From an uncultured Planctomycetia bacterium (GTDB lineage Bacteria; 4484-113; JAGGVC01), in assembly GCA_964388445.1 (NCBI GenBank), contig CAYMAI010000001.1:336215-400214 (forward strand): a stretch of 64,000 nt of DNA, in the 5' to 3' direction. Made by a program: the position numbers and the translations under genes. Numbering within the stretch: the first letter of the stretch is position 1; every line of letters begins with the position of its first letter. A model generated the notes under the pieces. It ran no database searches. It was not told the DNA's origin and saw only the letters and a list, made by a program, of their open reading frames with translations. This document shows positions 57,463 to 64,000 of this stretch, piece after piece.

Positions 57463-59307
57463 CTACGGCGCGAATATCCAAATCGCGCCGTTCGCGATTA
57501 CCTCGTCCGGCCGGCGGCTTACTATGTCCGCATATCTCGCTTCCGCGGCGCGCCAGTCCTCTTCGTTATCGAAAAATCCGTACGTCAGATTCATGTCCGC
57601 GACCGTCCACATGCTTATCGCGTACACTTCGCCCTCGATGAATTCGTCCGGGTTCAGCTCTAGCGGGTCTTTGAGAATATAGTTAAAGTCATATAGCGCG
57701 GGATTATCGCTAAGGTTTCGATAAAACAGCCGAACGGTTTTAATGCCGTGCTTTTGCGTCCACTTTTCCAGCGCGGGCAAGCCCTGTCCCCAGTCGAGGT
57801 TCGAATCGCTCAAAAGCCACGCGCGCCGCTGATGGCCGCCCGCGAATTCGTTCATATAGCTTATGTAATACGGCGCCTCGTGAAGCGGCGAGAAAATCAT
57901 GAACGCCGCCAGTGCGCCTATCGCCGTTTGCAGCGCTAGGTTTTTAACGTTCAATTCTTTTCGCTTGACCGGTTTTCCGCCGACTTTGTATTCGTCCGGG
58001 TCGAACCGCGGCTTCGTCCTGAACCCGACGGCGAGTATTCCCGACGCGTAAACGAATAACAGCGGGAATATAAACAGCAAATGCCGCACGCCGAGATTGA
58101 TGCTGCCGAGAATCGCGGTAGCGGCATAAATCAATATCGGAATGACTAGGACGGATTCGCTTATCCAAATTTCACGGTCTTTGCGGTAAGCGAAAACAAC
58201 GCTCAAAAGTATTAGCGCCATAAGCGCAATCGGAGTTTTGAAAAAGAATACGACGGGAAAGTAATACCACCATCCGTGAAGCGCATATTTTCCGAGCAGA
58301 AAGGAAGGATGCCCCACGTCGTTATGCTGAAACACTTGATATAAGCCCATTATGTATTCTTTGGGCAGCGGTATTTTTTGAGCGAAGTCGATTAGCTGCT
58401 CGCGAAGCGGAAAACCGTCGGGAATTCGTACGTCGCAAATGTATTCGAAATTCGGCGAGTTTTCGGGAGTGATTACCGTCAATTTGAAACCGTAACTCAA
58501 AAGCACTGCGAAGAGACCCGCGAGGAAAAACCAAAGAGACATAATAAGTATGAACGCCGCGCCGCGCGCGCCGCGCGATTTAAACGGCAGTTTGATGCCG
58601 AGAAGCGTGCGAGGTATTTGATATTGCGTGGGATAGTTTCTTAAAAGGTATATGTATAAAAATATCAATAGCGGAAGCACAAATAGCCCGCTGTATTTAA
58701 TCAAAATCGCGATAGACGAAAAGACGAGAAGGAAAACGAAATCGATGTGTTTGAGAGATTTTAAAAACTTCAGCGCAAAGTATATACAGGCGGCAACGGT
58801 CAATCCGAGAGGCGCGTCGCTGTTCGCAAGCGACGCATGAGCGATGAAATTCGGCTCGAAAGCGAATAGGAACATCGCGAAAAGCCCGGCCTTTTCGCCG
58901 TAAATCTCGCGCCCTAAAAGGAAAATGAACGCGCCCATCAGCGCGCAAAAAAGAAGGTTCGGAATGCGGGCGAGGAATAAAAACTTGCGCTGGTTAGACG
59001 AGTTCTCCTTCCAAAAATCGCGTGCGTATTCGATTTGCTTTTTTGCGTCCCAATACGGCGAATCCGCTGGAAGTCGCGCGCCCGCGGCGGCAAGCGGCAG
59101 CCCCGCCAGCCACTTCGTAAAAGTGGGATGCTCCGTGTTCATACGAAAATCGCCCGCCTTCCAATATGTCACACCGGACGCGATGTGAACGAGTTCGTCC
59201 GTGGTCATCCCGTTGCTTTTCGCAACCCAAAGACCCTGAGCGAAAAAGATAAGGGCGAAGAGCGCAACCGCTCCCCAAACCAACGGTCCGCTTTTGATGG
59301 TTTCCAC
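57463..59307 (-). CDS. GT-C membrane glycosyltransferase (PMT/ArnT-like), paralog 2
   Basis: 614 aa; same architecture and motifs as 52135..53922 (MTTDELVHI loop, conserved C-terminus RPDEVIANGAIWI). Confidence 0.8.
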   Translation of the reverse strand: METIKSGPLVWGAVALFALIFFAQGLWVAKSNGMTTDELVHIASGVTYWKAGDFRMNTEHPTFTKWLAGLPLAAAGARLPADSPYWDAKKQIEYARDFWKENSSNQRKFLFLARIPNLLFCALMGAFIFLLGREIYGEKAGLFAMFLFAFEPNFIAHASLANSDAPLGLTVAACIYFALKFLKSLKHIDFVFLLVFSSIAILIKYSGLFVLPLLIFLYIYLLRNYPTQYQIPRTLLGIKLPFKSRGARGAAFILIMSLWFFLAGLFAVLLSYGFKLTVITPENSPNFEYICDVRIPDGFPLREQLIDFAQKIPLPKEYIMGLYQVFQHNDVGHPSFLLGKYALHGWWYYFPVVFFFKTPIALMALILLSVVFAYRKDREIWISESVLVIPILIYAATAILGSINLGVRHLLFIFPLLFVYASGILAVGFRTKPRFDPDEYKVGGKPVKRKELNVKNLALQTAIGALAAFMIFSPLHEAPYYISYMNEFAGGHQRRAWLLSDSNLDWGQGLPALEKWTQKHGIKTVRLFYRNLSDNPALYDFNYILKDPLELNPDEFIEGEVYAISMWTVADMNLTYGFFDNEEDWRAAEARYADIVSRRPDEVIANGAIWIFAP

Positions 59308-59535
59308 GCCGGAAGTTTACATTATCGCCAATGCCAAGGCAACTGCTCTTTCGTTGACGGATGCAGCAGGCGCATCGTCCGGAAGCTGAAGTATTTTGTT
59401 GAGCGATGTAGATTATTGGCGGTAAATGCGGAAACGCTGCCGAATCCGGTCGATAAGCAGAGGAAATCCTTATCGGAAATAGTTGATATTTGAGTATTGC
59501 TGTTAGGAATTTCGCCGGCGAACGTTATGCCCCGG

Positions 59536-60951
59536 TTACGGTTTTACATCGCCGTCTTCGAGCACCGCGCCGCCGTCGAGAAGCATTTTCCTGACGGACG
59601 GATATAAATCGTCCACGCCGCCGATTCCGCCTACTTTTGCGATTACCGCGGCTGTACATCCGGCGGCATGTCCGACCGCCATGCAGGTCGGCATCACGCG
59701 AGTTGATGCAAACGCCTCGTGCGTCACTCCGATGTGCCGTCCCGCCATCACTAGATTATTCGCTTCTTCGACGAGCAGCGAGCGAAGCGGTATGTCGTAA
59801 TGTCCGCGCTCGCCGAGCGATTCGGTTTTCAGTTCCGCGCCGCTTGCCGAATGAATGTCTATCGGAAACGCGCCCAACGCGACGGCATCGCCGAAACGCG
59901 CGCCGCCGACCACGTCTTCGCGCGTCATCACATATTTGGCAATAGTGCGATAGCTTTCCCTGACGCCCAAATAATCCGCTTTTCTCGATATATAGCAGTC
60001 TTTGAATCCCGCCACGTGGTCGCGGAAAAAGTCGAGCAGGAATATTATCTGGCGCATTCCTTCTTCCCGGAGCGCTTCGTCCGTTCCGAATTCATGCGGG
60101 ATTCTCGTCGTATTCACCATCACTTCGCCGTAAGCGGGAGTCTCGAAAAACAAGAGCCTGTCGCGCGGCACTTCCCATTCCCCACGTTCCTTCGCCGCCT
60201 GGACAAGCGAGAAAAACCCGCTAACTCCCACGTAATCGCCGTACGCGGCGCTTTTGTCGGCGCTAAGCACGAAGTCGTCCGGATGATCTTTTATGTACGC
60301 CCGTATTTTCGCCATTTCCACGCCCGCAAGCGCGAACAGCCACGACATCGGCTGTCTTTGTCCGGACATTTCGGTTTCCGCGCCGGAAAGCCTTGCAAGT
60401 TTCGCGCTCCCCGTCGCGTCGACGTACGCTGCGGCGGAAAGATTCCATTCCTTTACGATGGGGAGTTCGAGTTTCTGCCAGTGTCCGAAAGGAATTCCGC
60501 TGGGCATTTTCGACTGGTCGAGCGTGCCCATCGTAACTTGCTCCAATTTTTCGCCCGTGTTTTCAGCGCCGGTAACGCAGGTGTTCAAAAGCAGCGTCAC
60601 GCCCTCTTCGTAAAGCCATTCGAGCATGACGTGGCGGGAAATCCTGTCGTCCATCGGAGTGAGCGTAGAGGCGAATCCTATCGGGTCAGGCACGTGGCCC
60701 AAAGTTCCGCCGTGCAATTTCATTCTGTCCACATATTCCTGCGCGATTCCGCGTATTACCTGGCCTTTGCGGGAATGGAAAGTTTGATATGGCTGTACGA
60801 GGGCCTGATTAGCCATTCCGCCGGGATAGGAACACGCTTCCGCGAGCACGACGTCGCAGCCCGCGCGCCTTGCCGCGACTGCGGCGACAACGCCGGCCAC
60901 GCCGCCGCCGGCAACCAAAACGTCCGTCTTTTCAGGAAAATCGCCGGTCAT
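59536..60951 (-). CDS. FAD-dependent oxidoreductase
   Basis: N-terminal FAD dinucleotide-binding motif (DVLVAGGGVAGVVAAVAARRAGCDVVLAE); 471 aa. Confidence 0.8.
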   Translation of the reverse strand: MTGDFPEKTDVLVAGGGVAGVVAAVAARRAGCDVVLAEACSYPGGMANQALVQPYQTFHSRKGQVIRGIAQEYVDRMKLHGGTLGHVPDPIGFASTLTPMDDRISRHVMLEWLYEEGVTLLLNTCVTGAENTGEKLEQVTMGTLDQSKMPSGIPFGHWQKLELPIVKEWNLSAAAYVDATGSAKLARLSGAETEMSGQRQPMSWLFALAGVEMAKIRAYIKDHPDDFVLSADKSAAYGDYVGVSGFFSLVQAAKERGEWEVPRDRLLFFETPAYGEVMVNTTRIPHEFGTDEALREEGMRQIIFLLDFFRDHVAGFKDCYISRKADYLGVRESYRTIAKYVMTREDVVGGARFGDAVALGAFPIDIHSASGAELKTESLGERGHYDIPLRSLLVEEANNLVMAGRHIGVTHEAFASTRVMPTCMAVGHAAGCTAAVIAKVGGIGGVDDLYPSVRKMLLDGGAVLEDGDVKP

Positions 60952-61020
60952 ATTTGCCTACAAAATAATCGAAAGAACGGTTATCAATACCTGCACGGCT
61001 GCGAAAATAACTATGGAAAT

Positions 61021-62799
61021 TTACGGCTCGATACGCTCTTCTTCTTGATACAGCTCTTCCATATACTTGTCGTCCGCATATACGCGCACGTCAACTTCGA
61101 ACAACCTGTTCCACGGGAAAGTTATCTCCGGCTCGATCGTATTCGGCGCTTTGATGCCGCGGCCGCGGTAAATTGCACGGTGCTTGGTGTCGTAGCTCGA
61201 TTTCATCGGTTTTCTCAAGTCCAAACAGCCTTTCTCCACGAGTTCGATAGTGTACAGGTCGAAGTTCCAGGGGTCTCCGCCGTTTGCGGTAACAATTTGC
61301 CAGAATTTTTGCCGGACGATAATCGGAAACCACCTGTCCGATAAAAGCGACTCGAATTTGAAGCGCTCGGCGGCCCACACCGCCGCGGTAGTCGTTCTTT
61401 CGGCGGGGTCGTTCGCAATCCGGTATCCTCTGCAGACGATTTGCGCCAGCGCTTTTCCGAAAGTGTTGCCCGCGGTGTTCCAGCTTGAATATCCGCAAAG
61501 GTAATTTCCGTTGCCCTGCGCGAACGCCTCGTCAAGCGCCGGATCGCCGCCGTTCGCCCACGCGATGTCCGCGACGTATACGTCAACCGTATTCGCCAAT
61601 AAAAGCGGGCCGAGAAACGGTATGGGATTGTTAACGTGCTGCGATATGGGACAGGGCTTGCCGTCCTTCATATGGTCGCCTTGCTCTCGCTCGAAATTGT
61701 TTATTATCAACAGCGGCACTTTGCGCTTGATGATGTCTTCGTCGGCGCCGCCGAGAACGATTTGCGGGTCGTTCGACCACGTTCCGATGCCGGGGTCAAG
61801 AGGGGAAAGCCGAAGGTGTTCCAGGAATTTGGCGAGGTTTTGTCCGGACGTGTAACACTCGAACTTCGCAATTCGCGCCGCCGAATCGGGATACGACCAC
61901 CAAATGCCGACCGGCAAACGGCCTTCGATTCCGTCGCGCAAATGGCGCGCCAGCATTACCATTCCCTGCTCGTCGCAGCCGTTCACGACGGATATTTTCC
62001 TCGCCAAGTCGGTCGAAACCGAGTTCATAAGTTCGTCAACTTCGTCAAGCTGAGGGCCGGTTTCGGAGCCGTCCTCGACCGATATGCACCAAGAGGTCGC
62101 CATCGGCAAAAGCGAGCCGAGGAGTTCCAAATGGTCTTCTTGATTGCGCTTTCTGGCGCTCAGATATTCCGTGTATGCGACGTCCGCAAGCTCCTTAAAC
62201 GCCTTTTCCTTTTCGATTTCGTCCGCGGATTTTTCTGGCTGGCCTTCACCTCCTGCGGTTTCGGGAATTTCGCCGGAGCCCTGTCCCCTTTTGAGGATTT
62301 CATTATAAAGATTAAGCTCGGAAGACTTGAGAAGGGTGGTTCCGATGCGCGGAACGGTTTTGAAGCAATGCAGCCTGCATCCCGGCCTCGACCTTAAAAA
62401 TATCCCGATGAATTCGGCGATTTGTTCAGGCGATTTTTCGCGCACGTCGGCGGTTCGCGATTGAACGAGACCGCCGTAAAGCAGCGCGTCGATGGAAACG
62501 AGCAGCCCTTCCAGTTGGATGGGAAGCCCGCTTAGCCAGTCGAAAAGCGCCTGCGCGTCGCCGGCTTTTTCGCGCCAGCCGAGGAATTCCAGCGGCGGCA
62601 CCATCAGCCGCACGCCGGCGACGTCGGCAAGCCGCAGCGGATATAGCCAGTTGCAAGGCCTGCTGTCGAGCGGAATAAGCGCGATAAGCGGCGCGAGCGT
62701 GTCGGTGAAGATTGCCTCTTCCATCGGGTTGGACAGAGTGTCTCCCGTAAATTCCGCCACGCCCAGTTCGGTATCGACCGGTGAAGTCACGTTTCCCAT
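61021..62799 (-). CDS. Conserved hypothetical protein
   Basis: 592 aa soluble protein, coherent sequence without low-complexity; no catalytic motif recognised. Long antisense ORFs judged spurious. Confidence 0.5.
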   Translation of the reverse strand: MGNVTSPVDTELGVAEFTGDTLSNPMEEAIFTDTLAPLIALIPLDSRPCNWLYPLRLADVAGVRLMVPPLEFLGWREKAGDAQALFDWLSGLPIQLEGLLVSIDALLYGGLVQSRTADVREKSPEQIAEFIGIFLRSRPGCRLHCFKTVPRIGTTLLKSSELNLYNEILKRGQGSGEIPETAGGEGQPEKSADEIEKEKAFKELADVAYTEYLSARKRNQEDHLELLGSLLPMATSWCISVEDGSETGPQLDEVDELMNSVSTDLARKISVVNGCDEQGMVMLARHLRDGIEGRLPVGIWWSYPDSAARIAKFECYTSGQNLAKFLEHLRLSPLDPGIGTWSNDPQIVLGGADEDIIKRKVPLLIINNFEREQGDHMKDGKPCPISQHVNNPIPFLGPLLLANTVDVYVADIAWANGGDPALDEAFAQGNGNYLCGYSSWNTAGNTFGKALAQIVCRGYRIANDPAERTTTAAVWAAERFKFESLLSDRWFPIIVRQKFWQIVTANGGDPWNFDLYTIELVEKGCLDLRKPMKSSYDTKHRAIYRGRGIKAPNTIEPEITFPWNRLFEVDVRVYADDKYMEELYQEEERIEP

Positions 62800-62833
62800 A
62801 GCGATGATTTTACCAAACCGGCAAAAGATGTAA

Positions 62834-63895
62834 ATGGCGAAGCGGCGTTTGCCGGATTATAATGAAAGCGTGGAATCGAATTCCGAGCGCGTATCGAATG
62901 TCAAAGTTGCGGTCATCGGCGGCGGAAGCTGGGGCACCGGCTTCGCATGGCTGCTCGGCGAGGCCGGCCGTCGCGTATCGCTTTGGGCGCGCGAGCCGGA
63001 AATAGTGCGCGGAATAAACGAAAACCGCCGCAATCCGCTTTTCAACACGGAAGCGTTTTTGGCGCCGGGCGTTTCCGCAACGGAAAGCATGGGCGATGCG
63101 CTTGAAGGCGCGTCCATCGCCGCGGTCGCCGTGCCGAGCAAGTTTCTATACGAAGTTATCGAATCTCTCAAACCGGCTTGGCAGACCGGTTGCATATATC
63201 TTTGTCTCACGAAAGGACTTTGCGGCGAGCCCGCGGATTTCGTAAGCGGTTTCGTCAAGTCGGCCTGGCCGATTTTGGGAGCCGAAAAATTCGCGATTCT
63301 GGGCGGGCCGAATCTTGCTGGCGAAATCGTTCAAGGTTATCCGACGGCCGCCGTCGTGGCGAGCGAAAGCGCGAAAACCGCCGAATCGGTTCGCGCCGCG
63401 GCGAGCGGCAATACTTTCAGGATTTATACGTCCGGCGACGTTCTTGGCGTAGAAATCGGCGGCGCTGTGAAAAACATAATCGCAATCGCCGCCGGAATGC
63501 TGGACGGCCTCGGATTCGGCGTAAATGCGCGCAGCGTGCTGATTACGCGCGGCCTCGTGGAAATGACGAGGCTGGCCGAAAAGCTCGGCGCGAAGCGTGA
63601 AACGCTTATGGGGCTTTCGGGACTCGGCGATCTCGTAACGACCTGTTCCAGCCCCAATTCCCGGAATTTCACCGTGGGGCGAAGGCTTGCCGGCGGCGAA
63701 ACTCTCGCGGAAATCACGGCGTCGATGAAAATGATTGCCGAAGGCGTCACGACGACCGCCGCCATAGTGAAACTTGCGCGAGGATATGGCATAGAAATGC
63801 CGATAGCGGAACAGGTTCAGGCGGTTCTCGAAAGCGGCAAACCGATTAAGGACGCCATTTTGGAACTGATGACGAGACTGCCGAAGGCGGAATAA
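62834..63895 (+). CDS. gpsA: Glycerol-3-phosphate dehydrogenase [NAD(P)+]
   Basis: NAD-binding VAVIGGGSWGTGFAWLL, GPNLAGEI, GGAVKNIIAIAAGMLDGLGFGVNA and C-terminal domain are GpsA hallmarks. Confidence 0.9.
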   Translation: MAKRRLPDYNESVESNSERVSNVKVAVIGGGSWGTGFAWLLGEAGRRVSLWAREPEIVRGINENRRNPLFNTEAFLAPGVSATESMGDALEGASIAAVAVPSKFLYEVIESLKPAWQTGCIYLCLTKGLCGEPADFVSGFVKSAWPILGAEKFAILGGPNLAGEIVQGYPTAAVVASESAKTAESVRAAASGNTFRIYTSGDVLGVEIGGAVKNIIAIAAGMLDGLGFGVNARSVLITRGLVEMTRLAEKLGAKRETLMGLSGLGDLVTTCSSPNSRNFTVGRRLAGGETLAEITASMKMIAEGVTTTAAIVKLARGYGIEMPIAEQVQAVLESGKPIKDAILELMTRLPKAE

Positions 63896-64000
63896 AAAGC
63901 GCCATTGATTCCTTGATACGGAATTGCGCAAGCTGCGGCTATGTTCTAAAGGCGCATTATGTAAGGTATAATATTTTTGCCGCGCGCCTTTGCGGCATAA

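Overview
High-GC (~60%) bacterial chromosomal window, densely coded on both strands; the lineage cannot be identified from sequence alone. Housekeeping backbone: xseA/xseB, purC/purS, rsmA/rsmI, serS, a purine-salvage block (NCS2 permease, tRNA-Met, rho, hpt, guaA, IMPDH-family gene, purine nucleoside phosphorylase) and gpsA. Accessory content: an RHH-MazF/PemK toxin-antitoxin pair, a 2TM K+ channel with a separate cNMP-binding protein, one IS200/RayT-like HuH transposase gene, an ECF sigma/anti-sigma pair and a TrkA-like operon. The most unusual feature is a multi-copy module I could not assign to any described system: two divergent S8 (subtilisin-like) lipoprotein peptidases, each followed by two small lipoproteins of a paralogous family (conserved C-terminal PITVLPxEES), driven by a ~400 bp leader present in three near-identical copies. 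The two peptidase genes also share a nucleotide-identical 5' coding block containing a 12-nt G homopolymer, and sit beside GT-C/GT2 glycosyltransferase genes. No rRNA genes or CRISPR arrays were seen. All functional calls rest on motif recognition from memory and reading frames; no database search was run. Many long ORFs in the track lying antisense to recognisable genes are treated as GC-driven artefacts.
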